DNA from: Candidatus Latescibacterota bacterium
GTDB lineage: Bacteria; Latescibacterota; UBA2968
Length of the DNA stretch: 64,000 nucleotides
NCBI GenBank assembly: GCA_965198115.1
Contig: OZ240241.1
Coordinates: forward strand, 1,376,001 to 1,440,000
Reading direction: 5' to 3'
Below, piece after piece: positions 10,349 through 21,180 of the stretch; within the stretch, counting starts at the first letter, position 1; every line of letters starts with the position of its first letter. Below the pieces are notes generated by a model, which saw only the letters and a list, made by a program, of their open reading frames with translations, searched no databases and was not told the origin of the DNA. Made by a program: the position numbers and the translations under genes.

Positions 10349-11557
10349 CTAGCGTCGTGCTTTCTTGGCTTTCTTTGCCGCCTTCTTCACTGCCCTCTTG
10401 ACCTTCTTTGCCGCCTTCTTCACGGCTCCTCTGGCCTTCTTCGCGGCCTTCTTGGCTGACCTCTTGGCTTTCTTGGCCGTCTTTTTTACGGTTGTAGCCG
10501 TCTTCTTCGCCGTTCTTTTCACTTTCTTGGCTGTTTTCTTTGCCGACCTCTTCGCCTTCCTGGCGGGTTTCTTCACCTTCTTTGCTTTTTTCGCTTTCTT
10601 GGCTGTTTTCTTTGCCGCTTTTTTCGCCTTTTTTGCCTTCTTCACTTTCTTCGCCCTCTTGGCCTTCTTCGCCGAAGCGCTCGCCGCACCCTCGATCCAG
10701 ACCCTGTCGCCATCGGAATCCAGGATCGGAAGTCGACCGCCGTGATGCACGCCAGGTCCGTAGAGAACGGCCTGCTGTTCCGGCGTCAGTTCATTCACCC
10801 ACTCGCCGTAGCGCTCCTGAGGCGTGAAGTGCTTGCCTACAGCACGTGCAGCGGCGCGAGATGCGTACTTGTAGAGGATGGAACGCCGGTCGTGATCGGC
10901 CGTCCACGGGAGCGTCCCGTGTGTCGCCGCTTCGGCGAAGAACAGCAGATCGCCCGCCTTCATTTCCACCTGCTCGACCAGACCCATGTCGTCTTCGTAG
11001 GTCCGAACTTCATTCGGCGTCGGCTCCGCGAGCTTATGACTTCCTGGAACGATCGCGAATCCACCGTCCCCCGGCCCGCAATCCGCCAGCTGCCACCCCA
11101 CCGTGATGCCACGACAGTAAATCTTGCCGTTCTGCTGGTGATACCACGTCGCCTGACTGAACGGCTCCCCCCCACCGTGGAATCGGTGGCCCTCGGACCC
11201 CTTCCTGGCCTGAATCATCATGGGGCCGTGGTCCAGGCGAAATCCCTTCCCGCTGAATTCATTCAAACGCGAGACGACGAATGGATGAACGAGCAGCTTG
11301 CGAAACGGCTCGCGGTAGTGCGGCTCCCACCCGAGCATGCCCGTCAATTCGGTTCGGCTCGACGATCCGGCCAATGACTTGGCACCGCGAGACAGACGAC
11401 CGGCTTCGAAATTTCTGGCCTGCGACATCTTGGCGTCGAGGGCGGCATTGAGTTCGCCGATTTCGCCCTGGCCGAGCACGCTGGGGATCACAAGGTAGCC
11501 GCGTAGATCGAAGAAGTACATCTCTTCGTCGGATACTCGGTGCACCTCGTAGTTCAT
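10349..11557 (-). CDS. PhyH-family dioxygenase fused to a ~110-aa Lys/Ala-rich histone-H1-like tail
   Basis: YFFDLRGYL, VPGSHK and THGTLPW, followed by KKAK/KKTAKK repeats. ATG at 11557 with RBS aaggag. Confidence 0.88.
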   Translation of the reverse strand: MNYEVHRVSDEEMYFFDLRGYLVIPSVLGQGEIGELNAALDAKMSQARNFEAGRLSRGAKSLAGSSSRTELTGMLGWEPHYREPFRKLLVHPFVVSRLNEFSGKGFRLDHGPMMIQARKGSEGHRFHGGGEPFSQATWYHQQNGKIYCRGITVGWQLADCGPGDGGFAIVPGSHKLAEPTPNEVRTYEDDMGLVEQVEMKAGDLLFFAEAATHGTLPWTADHDRRSILYKYASRAAARAVGKHFTPQERYGEWVNELTPEQQAVLYGPGVHHGGRLPILDSDGDRVWIEGAASASAKKAKRAKKVKKAKKAKKAAKKTAKKAKKAKKVKKPARKAKRSAKKTAKKVKRTAKKTATTVKKTAKKAKRSAKKAAKKARGAVKKAAKKVKRAVKKAAKKAKKARR

Positions 11558-11614
11558 CTTATGCTCCTTCCGTGATTGTGATCCACGCCCTGTACGCGCG
11601 GAGTTCTTATGCAC

Positions 11615-11712
11615 TTATGCGGCTCGCTGTGCGCTCGTGGGATTCTCGAGCCGAACCGTACCGTCGTCTTCGACTGCCAGATACATATCTTCTCGATTGG
11701 GTGCCGAGCAAG
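11615..11712 (-). pseudogene. 3' remnant of another PhyH-family gene
   Basis: ...DMYLAVEDDGTVRLE... resembles the C-termini of the paralogs at 29698-31576. Cut by IS256-A. Confidence 0.5.
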
Positions 11713-13086
11713 GAGCTATAATCAAAAGGTGTGGAAAAAGAGAAAGGGCGACCCTACCCTTCCCGTGAGATAGTTGATTCACACAAAACCGGGTGAGAGG
11801 CCCGGTTGGGAAGGAGGATCGCCGTGAAGGAACATACGCATAGAGCCCCATTGAAGTCCATGCCGACGTGGGAGACGGTTGACGATTGGATCCGTGAAGA
11901 GATCCAGGGCCGGTTCCAGTCCATTCTGGAGGAGGAGGCGACCGCGTTCTTGGGCCGGTCGTGGTATGAGCGCCGAGCCGAGGTCGATAGCTCCACGGGC
12001 TACAGGAACGGCTACGGCAAGCCCCGGCGTCTCTCGACGAGCTGCGGAACGATCAAGGTCCGGCGTCCCCGGGTTCGTGGTCTGGAAGAGCGGTTTGAAA
12101 GCCGCATCCTCCCCCTGTTCGCCCGGAGAACCAGGGCCATTGGAGATCTGCTTCCCGACCTTTATCTCCACGGTCTCTCCCAGGGCGACTTCGAGTTGTC
12201 TTTGCGTGCGCTGCTCGGTGATGGCGCGCCGCTTTCGCCGACCTCGATCGCTCGTCTTCGAGGGAAGTGGGAGGTCGACTTCCAGGACTGGAAAGAAAGG
12301 CGTCTGGATAATCGCGAACTGGTCTACGCCTGGGCTGATGGCATCTACGTCAAAGCCGGGCTCGAGCGCGAGAAGGCGTGTCTGCTGGTCGTGATCGGCG
12401 CGATGAGCGACGGCAGCAAGGAGATCCTGGCGATAGAACCCGGTTATCGAGAGTCTACAGAATCCTGGCTCACGGTGCTCCGGGATCTCCGGGATCGCGG
12501 GCTCGAACATCCTGTCCTGATCGCCGCGGACGGGAATATGGGCATCTGGGCGGCCGTTGATCAGGTCTGGCCAGAGAGCCGGCAACAACGGTGCTGGAAC
12601 CACAAGATCCTCAACGTGCTCGACAAGGTCGCCAAGCGTGCACAGGCTGAAGCCCGCGCACTGCTCGTCCAGATCCCCTATGCCGGCACGAAAAAGGAGG
12701 CCGAGAAGCTCCGGAAACGCTTTGCCGCACGGTATCGCTCACAGTTCCCTGCCGCCGTGGAGACGCTCGAAAGAGACTGGGATCGGATGGTCACGTTCTA
12801 CGACTTCCCGAAGGAACACTGGAAACACCTGAGAACCACGAACGTCGTCGAGAGCCCCTTTGCTTCCGTTCGGCTTCGCACAAACGCCGCCAGGCGATTC
12901 AAGAAAGTCAGGAACGCCACGGCTCTCATCTGGCGTACGCTCAAGGTCGCAGAGAGCCGATTCAGGAAACTCACCGCGCCACACTTGCTACAACAAGTCT
13001 ACGATCAGAAACACTCAACCGAACCGCAGGTCGAAGCCGGGAAGATGGCCGCCTGATTTCTTTTACACACCTATTGACCTGAGCTC
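11713..13086 (+). mobile_element. IS256-A copy 2 (no TSD)
   Basis: Same IRs as copy 1, but the flanks differ (ccgagcaag / ctcacctca). Confidence 0.95.
11806..13056 (+). CDS. IS256 transposase
   Basis: Near-identical to 4450-5700. Confidence 0.95.
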   Translation: MGRRIAVKEHTHRAPLKSMPTWETVDDWIREEIQGRFQSILEEEATAFLGRSWYERRAEVDSSTGYRNGYGKPRRLSTSCGTIKVRRPRVRGLEERFESRILPLFARRTRAIGDLLPDLYLHGLSQGDFELSLRALLGDGAPLSPTSIARLRGKWEVDFQDWKERRLDNRELVYAWADGIYVKAGLEREKACLLVVIGAMSDGSKEILAIEPGYRESTESWLTVLRDLRDRGLEHPVLIAADGNMGIWAAVDQVWPESRQQRCWNHKILNVLDKVAKRAQAEARALLVQIPYAGTKKEAEKLRKRFAARYRSQFPAAVETLERDWDRMVTFYDFPKEHWKHLRTTNVVESPFASVRLRTNAARRFKKVRNATALIWRTLKVAESRFRKLTAPHLLQQVYDQKHSTEPQVEAGKMAA

Positions 13087-13353
13087 CTCACCTCACGTAA
13101 AAGATACCACGTGCACTACACACCAACGTATGCCTCCTGGCTAAACCAGGTAGAGATCTGGTTCGGCATCATCACACAAAGAGCAATCCGACGAGGAACC
13201 TTTCGGAACGTCAAGGATCTGATCACCTGCATCCAGAAGTTCACAGACCAATACAATCAGAACTCAAAGCCTTTCGTGTGGACGGCAACCGCTGACTCGA
13301 TCCTCGACAAACTCAACAGACTTCTAAAACTTATTCGCGGGACACGACACTAG
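13087..13353 (+). pseudogene. IS630-family transposase 3' remnant
   Basis: HYTPTYASWLNQVEIWF...KPFVWTA, ending ...gacactag. Confidence 0.85.
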
Positions 13354-13367
13354 GTGCCTGTCACTCA

Positions 13368-13395
13368 GGCGATCGCGGCCGGAAGCCGCTCCTAC
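13368..13395 (-). repeat. GTAG-type REP-like palindrome
   Basis: Reverse strand reads gtaggagcggcttccggccgcgatcgc. Confidence 0.5.
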
Positions 13396-13572
13396 CCGTT
13401 TTCAAGTTTCGTGTCCTGTCTTTCGCGCCTATTCGCGGTTGGAGACCGCCCACCGCGAATCTTCGGGGCGAAGCCGTCGTTTACGTCTACCGTCAACCGT
13501 CCCCAAGGAGGCGAAGCCGCTTTTCCGCCCACAGCCGACTGCCCACGGTTTACTGTCTACCGTCCACCGGTT

Positions 13573-14277
13573 CTATGGTTCCCACGTCAGGCAATTTCGG
13601 AGTATCTGTCGGTACGCCTCCTGCTCGAAGTCCTGCGGCAGATGTCCCGGTTGAAAGTAAAACGTCCATCCCTTCCCCGACGGTTTCACCCAGCCACCCC
13701 GATCCTGCATCACGACTTCGCCATCCTTTGTCGTACACTTCGTACCGAACAGCACGGTTTTCTCGCGCCCATCCGCAAAGTGCTGGTTCTTGAAGAACTC
13801 AGTGCCCGTGAACGTGATCGACGGAAAAGTAACCTTCTTGCTCGGCGCATCAGAAGAGGTGTATTCCGTCGTTGTCGGGTAATCGACACCATTCGTCGAG
13901 ATGTAGTGACGCGGATCCAGACGCACGAGTTCGTGTGTCACGTCGACCATCAGTGTCCACGGATTGACCTCACCGTCCTTCGGTACGATGTGCATCCCTG
14001 CGAATTCGAGCCAATCGGGATTCTTCAATTTCGCCGATGCCATTCCATGGTGCAGGATTACGAGCCGTCCCCCGCTATTGGCGTAGGCAATCATTGCATC
14101 GATCGCATTCTGCTCCACGACCTTGTGCACGTACATGAACACGGCGTAGTAGTTGGATAAATCCGCCTCGACATCCTTATCCTCGGCGGTCGTAACCGCG
14201 TGCCCATCCGCCTCCAGAAACGCCTGCAACGGTTTCATCTGATCCCATTCATCCGCGACGATCAACAGATCAGCCAT
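13573..14277 (-). CDS. ThuA-like (class I GATase-fold) protein
   Basis: GGRLVILHHG, GKGWTFYFQPGH and terminal LRNCLTW. Confidence 0.75.
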   Translation of the reverse strand: MADLLIVADEWDQMKPLQAFLEADGHAVTTAEDKDVEADLSNYYAVFMYVHKVVEQNAIDAMIAYANSGGRLVILHHGMASAKLKNPDWLEFAGMHIVPKDGEVNPWTLMVDVTHELVRLDPRHYISTNGVDYPTTTEYTSSDAPSKKVTFPSITFTGTEFFKNQHFADGREKTVLFGTKCTTKDGEVVMQDRGGWVKPSGKGWTFYFQPGHLPQDFEQEAYRQILRNCLTWEP

Positions 14278-14319
14278 GGTCAATCCTTATTCGTCAGGGT
14301 GTGTGCCGCCTCAGCTTTA

Positions 14320-14955
14320 GTCATGACCTCCGGCAAAGCCGGAGGCTTGAAAACTTGTGAACCGCTCAAAGCGGTTGGAAACCAAGCGCCACCTAAAGGT
14401 GGCGATTACCTGAAAATGTTGAGCTGGTCGAGACTCAGGTCCTCCCGCTCCTGGTTCTGGATATACTCCCGAACCGTCTGTTCATCCTTGCCAACGGTGG
14501 AGACCCAGTAGCCTCTTGCCCAGAAATGCTGCCCGGTGAAGTTCGACCTAACCTACGTCCCAGATAGTTCCGAGCAATGTGAATCGCACTCTTTCCTTTG
14601 ATGAACCCTACCGTCTGAGCTACTGAGTGCTTCGGCGGGATCGAAATCAGCATGTGCACATGGTCGGATCGCAGGTGACCCTCTTCCACGCGGCATTCCT
14701 TCTGTGCGGCCAGATCCCGAATCACCTCGCCCAGATAGCGACGAATTTCACCATACAACACTTTTCTACGATACTTCCGAACCCAAACAACGTCATACTT
14801 GCACTCCCAAACCGTGTGACGTAGACTCCTTACGTTGTTCATTAGAGAGCCTTCCTTCCGTGTGCTTTGAGCGGTCCACGGCAAGGGAGGCTCTTACATA
14901 TTTCTGGAACTGTCAAACTCTGGGAGTCTCCCCGGCAGAGCCGGGGGCTTACCAA
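14320..14955 (-). mobile_element. tnpA: IS200/IS605-family element with frameshifted tnpA
   Basis: HUH motif DHVHML and KGKS, frameshift near 14545. Subterminal hairpins cctccggcaaagccggagg and ccccggcagagccgggg. Confidence 0.88.
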
Positions 14956-15036
14956 GGTTTAGTTATTTTGTCTCCTGCTGAGGGAAGAACTCGTGAGAGG
15001 ATAGCTGCTTTGAGGTGATCGGAATATCAGTATATA

Positions 15037-16410
15037 GAGCTATAATCAAAAGGTGTGGAAAAAGAGAAAGGGCGACCCTACCCTTCCCGTGAGATAGTTG
15101 ATTCACACAAAACCGGGTGAGAGGCCCGGTTGGGAAGGAGGATCGCCGTGAAGGAACATACGCATAGAGCCCCATTGAAGTCCATGCCGACGTGGGAGAC
15201 GGTTGACGATTGGATCCGTGAAGAGATCCAGGGCCGGTTCCAGTCCATTCTGGAGGAGGAGGCGACCGCGTTCTTGGGCCGGTCGTGGTATGAGCGCCGA
15301 GCCGAGGTCGATAGCTCCACGGGCTACAGGAACGGCTACGGCAAGCCCCGGCGTCTCTCGACGAGCTGCGGAACGATCAAGGTCCGGCGTCCCCGGGTTC
15401 GTGGTCTGGAAGAGCGGTTTGAAAGCCGCATCCTCCCCCTGTTCGCCCGGAGAACCAGGGCCATTGGAGATCTGCTTCCCGACCTTTATCTCCACGGTCT
15501 CTCCCAGGGCGACTTCGAGTTGTCTTTGCGTGCGCTGCTCGGTGATGGCGCGCCGCTTTCGCCGACCTCGATCGCTCGTCTTCGAGGGAAGTGGGAGGTC
15601 GACTTCCAGGACTGGAAAGAAAGGCGTCTGGATAATCGCGAACTGGTCTACGCCTGGGCTGATGGCATCTACGTCAAAGCCGGGCTCGAGCGCGAGAAGG
15701 CGTGTCTGCTGGTCGTGATCGGCGCGATGAGCGACGGCAGCAAGGAGATCCTGGCGATAGAACCCGGTTATCGAGAGTCTACAGAATCCTGGCTCACGGT
15801 GCTCCGGGATCTCCGGGATCGCGGGCTCGAACATCCTGTCCTGATCGCCGCGGACGGGAATATGGGCATCTGGGCGGCCGTTGATCAGGTCTGGCCAGAG
15901 AGCCGGCAACAACGGTGCTGGAACCACAAGATCCTCAACGTGCTCGACAAGGTCGCCAAGCGTGCACAGGCTGAAGCCCGCGCACTGCTCGTCCAGATCC
16001 CCTATGCCGGCACGAAAAAGGAGGCCGAGAAGCTCCGGAAACGCTTTGCCGCACGGTATCGCTCACAGTTCCCTGCCGCCGTGGAGACGCTCGAAAGAGA
16101 CTGGGATCGGATGGTCACGTTCTACGACTTCCCGAAGGAACACTGGAAACACCTGAGAACCACGAACGTCGTCGAGAGCCCCTTTGCTTCCGTTCGGCTT
16201 CGCACAAACGCCGCCAGGCGATTCAAGAAAGTCAGGAACGCCACGACTCTCATCTGGCGTACGCTCAAGGTCGCAGAGAGCCGATTCAGGAAACTCACCG
16301 CGCCACACTTGCTACAACAAGTCTACGATCAGAAACACTCAACCGAACCGCAGGTCGAAGCCGGGAAGATGGCCGCCTGATTTCTTTTACACACCTATTG
16401 ACCTGAACTC
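15037..16410 (+). mobile_element. IS256-A copy 3
   Basis: IRs present, with near-perfect TSD agtatat(a/t). Confidence 0.95.
15130..16380 (+). CDS. IS256 transposase
   Basis: Near-identical to the other copies. Confidence 0.95.
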   Translation: MGRRIAVKEHTHRAPLKSMPTWETVDDWIREEIQGRFQSILEEEATAFLGRSWYERRAEVDSSTGYRNGYGKPRRLSTSCGTIKVRRPRVRGLEERFESRILPLFARRTRAIGDLLPDLYLHGLSQGDFELSLRALLGDGAPLSPTSIARLRGKWEVDFQDWKERRLDNRELVYAWADGIYVKAGLEREKACLLVVIGAMSDGSKEILAIEPGYRESTESWLTVLRDLRDRGLEHPVLIAADGNMGIWAAVDQVWPESRQQRCWNHKILNVLDKVAKRAQAEARALLVQIPYAGTKKEAEKLRKRFAARYRSQFPAAVETLERDWDRMVTFYDFPKEHWKHLRTTNVVESPFASVRLRTNAARRFKKVRNATTLIWRTLKVAESRFRKLTAPHLLQQVYDQKHSTEPQVEAGKMAA

Positions 16411-16425
16411 AGTATATTTATTTTA

Positions 16426-17845
16426 GGCTATATCCGGATCTCTCAACGAGATGAAGTGGGTGAAGGTGCCGTGGTTCCTGGCATGGGGGCGCGGTTAGAG
16501 TGTGCGGAACCTCTTCGGAATCTGCTCAGGGATGTTTATGTCTCCGACGGTAAGGAAGATCATATCGTTGAATGCGTCGAGTGTGCGGAATCCGCTGGCT
16601 CGGTTCTTGACGATTTGGACGATTCGGTTGAGGCCTTCGGCGATGGCGTTGGTAAGACGCGTGTTCACGAATGCGAGGACGCCGAAGAAGTGCTGTCGCA
16701 GGGTCCTGACGAACTTTCGCAGGGGTTCAAGTCGACTTCTGAGTGCGGACGTCGTCCAGCATTTCAGGAAGCGTTCGGCAGCCCAGGGCGCTTTGTATTC
16801 CCAGAACTGCTCGAACTCGTCCTTGAGTCTCCAGGCTCTATAGATTCGGTAGTTCGCCTTCTCCAGTGCTTTGAGTGTCCGAGTATCCCCTCTGGAGCGT
16901 GTCGCTGAGTGCCGGTAGAGGAGCCATCGGAGGCCCTTCATGGCTTTGCGCTCATCCGGGGCAGCTTTACGCCACTGGTCCTTACGGACCTCGTCAACGG
17001 CGGCATTGAGAGCCTTGACGATGTGAAAGCGATCGAGGACCAGCTTGGCATTCGGACAGTGTTCCTGGATGGCTCCGATGTAAGCTTCGCTCATGTCGCA
17101 GCAGGCCCACTCGATCTTGGATCTCCGGTAGGGACTGAGAGCCTCTGTGAAGAACCGATCGATCGTTTTACGCGCCCTGCCGCGGCCAACCCACACCACG
17201 CAGGAGCGGTCCAGATCGTAAACGAGCGTGGCGTACCTGTGACGCTTGGCGTAGGAGATCTCGTCGATCCCGATGGTTTTGAGCCCTCGGATACGATGAC
17301 CTTCACGAAGCCGCGTGATGGATCGGTGAAGGAGATCCGACAGCGTCGAGGCAGAGATGCGCAGCAACTCGGACGCCGCCTTCTGCGTCATGGTCTGGCA
17401 GTAGCGCAGCATGGCATACTCGAAGCGATACGTCACCCGAGAGAACCGCTCCGCCCACGGAATCTCCTCGACCACACGACCGTGGGTAGGACACCGAATC
17501 TCCCGAGGATGGTAGAGAAGCCAGACCCTCCACCCGCACACCGGAATGTCACGCCACCGACGCGGATGGGGCATTGTGCGGACGATTTTACCTCGACGGC
17601 CGCACTCCGGACAACAACAACCATTCTTATGTGGCTTTACGGCGATGACGAAACAGCTTCTCCCCTCAAACCACCAGCTGACAACACGGAACCCCTTGAA
17701 TCTCAGCAGTTTCGATAGTAATCTGCTCCCGGTCATAGGTCGCACCCCCTTCGCTTTGATTGTCCTACACACACAACCAAGCGTAGGGAACGATCTATGA
17801 CCTTGTCATTCTATAGTTTCACCGTTGAGAAACCCGGATAGAGCC
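16426..17845 (-). mobile_element. ISL3 copy 2
   Basis: IRs present, with 8-bp TSD ttatttta. Confidence 0.95.
16495..17772 (-). CDS. ISL3 transposase
   Basis: Near-identical to 1661-2938. Confidence 0.93.
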   Translation of the reverse strand: MCRTIKAKGVRPMTGSRLLSKLLRFKGFRVVSWWFEGRSCFVIAVKPHKNGCCCPECGRRGKIVRTMPHPRRWRDIPVCGWRVWLLYHPREIRCPTHGRVVEEIPWAERFSRVTYRFEYAMLRYCQTMTQKAASELLRISASTLSDLLHRSITRLREGHRIRGLKTIGIDEISYAKRHRYATLVYDLDRSCVVWVGRGRARKTIDRFFTEALSPYRRSKIEWACCDMSEAYIGAIQEHCPNAKLVLDRFHIVKALNAAVDEVRKDQWRKAAPDERKAMKGLRWLLYRHSATRSRGDTRTLKALEKANYRIYRAWRLKDEFEQFWEYKAPWAAERFLKCWTTSALRSRLEPLRKFVRTLRQHFFGVLAFVNTRLTNAIAEGLNRIVQIVKNRASGFRTLDAFNDMIFLTVGDINIPEQIPKRFRTL

Positions 17846-18210
17846 TTATTTTATGTGAAGGGCCGACAATACAAGGACGCCGACTAGAGACGGCGTTGTA
17901 GCAAAGGGGCTCCCCGAATTCAGTAACAACCTTCAGAGATAAGTGCTCCGGAGGACGGTGCAGTAGATCTGCGAGTAGTAAGGCAGAACGGCAAGCCTCG
18001 CACAGCAGATCATTCGGACGACACTGTGAGAGTCAGGAATTTCAATGGTAACGAGGTCCTTGATCTGATCAAAGCTCCGTCATTTGGCACCCATCGATCT
18101 CAAAGAGGAATAGTAACGAACATCAAGATCATCGGCTCTGAGGAGTCGATCGACATGTCTGTGATTTAGGGTAACGAGGATCGATTTATCCCGCGCCCGG
18201 ATTTCAGGTT

Positions 18211-19598
18211 GGTCAAGTCCCATAGTCAGTTGAAAACTCATCGGGCCCCGTAGTTTGGTCAGGCTCTCTTTTGAGCATTCTGTTCGTTGTCGAGATTCAG
18301 ATCTTTGTTCAGTGCTTGCCTGAGTAGGGGAAGATGTTTGTATCCGCTCACGCGTCGCAGGCGAGGTTCGATGTCGAGGAGTGCGGCAGCCACCCATCTG
18401 TGTCTCTGGGGAGAGTTGTTCCAGCGTCTGACCTTCCGAGTGAGCTCGCCGGTCCTGCTGTTGAGGGCTTCGATGCAGTTGGTGGTTCGGAAGCTTCGTT
18501 TCAGGAATGGGAGCATACCCAGCCGGTGGAGGGTCAGGGTTTCCTCCAGGCCTTCCTCGAGGCTCGTTACGGCAGACTGATTCATCAGCTTCAGTTCGGG
18601 TTTAAGTGATTCGAGTGCGGCCTTTGCCTCCTCGTAGGTGTCGCAGTCATAGGCTTTCTGGAGCTTCCGTCGAACTCTTGGACGTTCCCTCTCCGGGAGA
18701 TAGCTGACGACATTCTCGCGCTTGTGCCACTGACAGCGATGCACGCGCACATACCCTTTGAGGGCTTTGGTGACAGCACTGCGGAGTCCCTTTGAGCCGT
18801 CAAGCACAACGAGAAGGCCCTGGTCGTAGCACAGGCCTCTCCGGATGAGGTCCTGGATCAGCTGGCGGCAGATCCGTTCGTTCTCCGTCGCCGATTCGAC
18901 GAAGCCCAGGGGGATCTTCTGGCCGTCCATCGTGACCCCCGGAGCGATCACGATCTCTTCGTCGGCAAAGCTCTTTCCGTCAATGAACAGGGTCACGAAG
19001 CCGTAGTCGTCGAGGGGACGCTCCTGGAACTGCTTCAGCTTCTTCGCGGTGGCTTTGATGAACCGCCGCGAGACGGAGGACGCTGAGATACCAAACGCTT
19101 CTGGAACCGATTCGGCACAGGCCTTGTAGTTGCGGCACGAGATCCCCTTGAGAACACGAAGCAACAGCCCCTCGTCCGTCTTCTTGGGCGTCTGTAGAGC
19201 CCGGTATGCAGCCAGGGAAACCTCTGCGTCGGCCTCGACGTCGCGCACCCGGGGAACGTCTAACGGGAGCTTCTGGTCCATCAGATACACGGATCCCTTC
19301 TGGCTTCCCCACCGACGATGCGCCTGCTCCGAACCTTTGCGCGCATACCGAACGCCTGCGAGCTGCTCGACCTCCTGCTGGAGGAGGTCTGCCACTGCCT
19401 CCAGACCCAACGGGATCAACGCCTGGATCACCGACAAACGCGTCTCCAAATCGATGACATCGCCCTCAACCTTGACTTCACCATCGCCTGCAAATAGCTT
19501 CTCCATCTGGGCTCCTTTCTTACGGGTATACGCTCCTACACGTCTACCCAACGTAAGTTTGGAGCCCTCTAAGTTTCAACTACGATAGGCACAACACC
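18211..19598 (-). mobile_element. IS256-family IS type C, complete copy
   Basis: IRs ggtcaagtcccatagtcagttgaaa / ggtgttgtgcctatcgtagttgaaa, with 9-bp TSD tttcaggtt. Confidence 0.93.
18259..19551 (-). CDS. IS256 transposase (type C)
   Basis: FIDGK, LDGSKGL, RCQWHK and RTTNCIE. Confidence 0.92.
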   Translation of the reverse strand: MGRRVGAYTRKKGAQMEKLFAGDGEVKVEGDVIDLETRLSVIQALIPLGLEAVADLLQQEVEQLAGVRYARKGSEQAHRRWGSQKGSVYLMDQKLPLDVPRVRDVEADAEVSLAAYRALQTPKKTDEGLLLRVLKGISCRNYKACAESVPEAFGISASSVSRRFIKATAKKLKQFQERPLDDYGFVTLFIDGKSFADEEIVIAPGVTMDGQKIPLGFVESATENERICRQLIQDLIRRGLCYDQGLLVVLDGSKGLRSAVTKALKGYVRVHRCQWHKRENVVSYLPERERPRVRRKLQKAYDCDTYEEAKAALESLKPELKLMNQSAVTSLEEGLEETLTLHRLGMLPFLKRSFRTTNCIEALNSRTGELTRKVRRWNNSPQRHRWVAAALLDIEPRLRRVSGYKHLPLLRQALNKDLNLDNEQNAQKRA

Positions 19599-19746
19599 TT
19601 TCAGGTTTGGGGTCCCCAAGACGACCCTTTCTTGGCGTTCGGGCTTTTTGTCTTGAGGGATTGATGAGACCGAGCGTTTTTAGTCAGTTCGCAATCTTCG
19701 CCAGACGGTGCACCGAGTTAACGATTACTCATGAGGAGGAATAGGC

Positions 19747-20412
19747 ATGGAAGCGATAAGAGAAGCAGTCGTGCAATCATACCAGTCATTTTTCACACAG
19801 TTATCTGCTTTTCTGCCCAAGCTGATCGGATGTGTCCTGATTCTGATCTTCGGGTGGATTATCGCCAAGATCATCCGTGCGATTTCCGTGAGATTGCTCG
19901 CCGTTGTACGTCTGCCCGTCCTAACCGAAAAGGCCAAGATCGATCAGTTCTTGAGCGAAGGGGGAATCAAGCAATCGGCCATCGAAATTATTGGAACCCT
20001 TTTTTACTGGCTCATCATGCTGATCGTCATTGTGGCTGCATTAAACAGCCTGGGTCTGCGTGTGGCGTATGAACTCTTTAACCAGGTTATCTTGTTCATA
20101 CCGAACATCATCGTGTCGATCTTTGTGCTCATCCTTGGCCTCTTCCTTGCCAACTTCACCAGTCAGGTTGTTGTCACCTATTCCAGGAACGTTGGCATAC
20201 AGAATGCCGACACGATGGGTAAAATCGCGCAATACGCGATTGTTATCTTTGTCGTCTCCATTGCTTTGACGCAGATGAATATCGGTGAAGAAATTATAGC
20301 CAACTTGATTCTTGTCCTGTTCGGAGCCGTCTGTTTGACGTTGGCTCTCGCATTCGGACTCGGCGGTCGTGATTGGGCGTCGGGTGTGATCGAAAAATTT
20401 TGGGAGGAATGA
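19747..20412 (+). CDS. MscS-associated TM-helix / CmpX-like membrane protein
   Basis: Two FLPKL/FIPNI TM repeats and a C-terminal ALAFGLGGRD, with strong RBS gaggagga. Confidence 0.82.
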   Translation: MEAIREAVVQSYQSFFTQLSAFLPKLIGCVLILIFGWIIAKIIRAISVRLLAVVRLPVLTEKAKIDQFLSEGGIKQSAIEIIGTLFYWLIMLIVIVAALNSLGLRVAYELFNQVILFIPNIIVSIFVLILGLFLANFTSQVVVTYSRNVGIQNADTMGKIAQYAIVIFVVSIALTQMNIGEEIIANLILVLFGAVCLTLALAFGLGGRDWASGVIEKFWEE

Positions 20413-20466
20413 AGCAACTGTTTGTCGGGAATATAGATTAGAATCTTCCCACTATCAGACGGAGCT

Positions 20467-20900
20467 ATGCTACTGAACTACCTGGCAGTCGGTTGGCGAG
20501 GTCTCGGGCGAGAAAAGTTGTTCGCATGCATTAGCGTGGTGGGACTTGGTCTTGGGTTAGCGTGCTGCATTCTGATGGGTCTCTTTAGTTGTCCACGAGT
20601 GGAGCTTTGATCGGTTTCACGAGCATCGAGAAGATCTGTATCGGGTCATCCGAAGAGAGGTGCGTTCAGATGGGCGCGTTGAATTCCAACCCCTTCAGGA
20701 CATGGACCTTGCTCCCAGACTGATTAAGGAGTTGCCGGAAGTCATAGAGGCGGCCCGGATGATCAGATCAGGGGCTTTGATATCGAAGGACGATAGGTTA
20801 TTCGAAGAGCAGGTTCTCCTTGCCGATGCATCCGCTTTGAGGATGTTCACGTTTCCTCTGCTGGCGGGCGGAGGCTTATCGGACCAGGCAAGCGGAGTAC
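20467..20900 (+). pseudogene. MacB/FtsX-type ABC permease N-terminal remnant
   Basis: MLLNYLAVGWRGL...GLGLGLACC, then DRFH...YRV after a frameshift and ...FTFPLLAG. Confidence 0.7.
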
Positions 20901-20929
20901 TTCTGGTTGTAACCTCAAGACGGCAGGCG

Positions 20930-21180
20930 TGCAGCAGGCACACAGGGAGGACCGGATCACCTTCACGACGCTCACGCCGTGGCCCGGGGACATGGTGTGT
21001 GCAGGAGGGCGATATCTCGAAGGCGAAGGGGAGAAACGCGCAGCCATTTCCATCGGCCCCGAGTTTGGCACCGTTCAGCGCGTGGACCTCGTTTCTGCCG
21101 CCCGCGAGGCGGGCGATGCCGGCTTCGATGTGCTGATCACGTGCGCGTTCAACTACGAGGCGCACGCGACGGAGTTCGTG
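20930..21180 (+). pseudogene. Fragment resembling the C-terminal region of an adenine DNA methyltransferase
   Basis: RAAISIGPEFGTV...AAREAGDAGFDVLITCAFNYEAH. Confidence 0.55.

Noticed and set aside
10352-10690. Tandem repeat or CRISPR-like array, and the Phe/Ala-rich + strand ORF
   Set aside because: This is the low-complexity coding tail of the minus-strand gene and has no repeat-spacer structure. No CRISPR array or cas gene was seen in the window.
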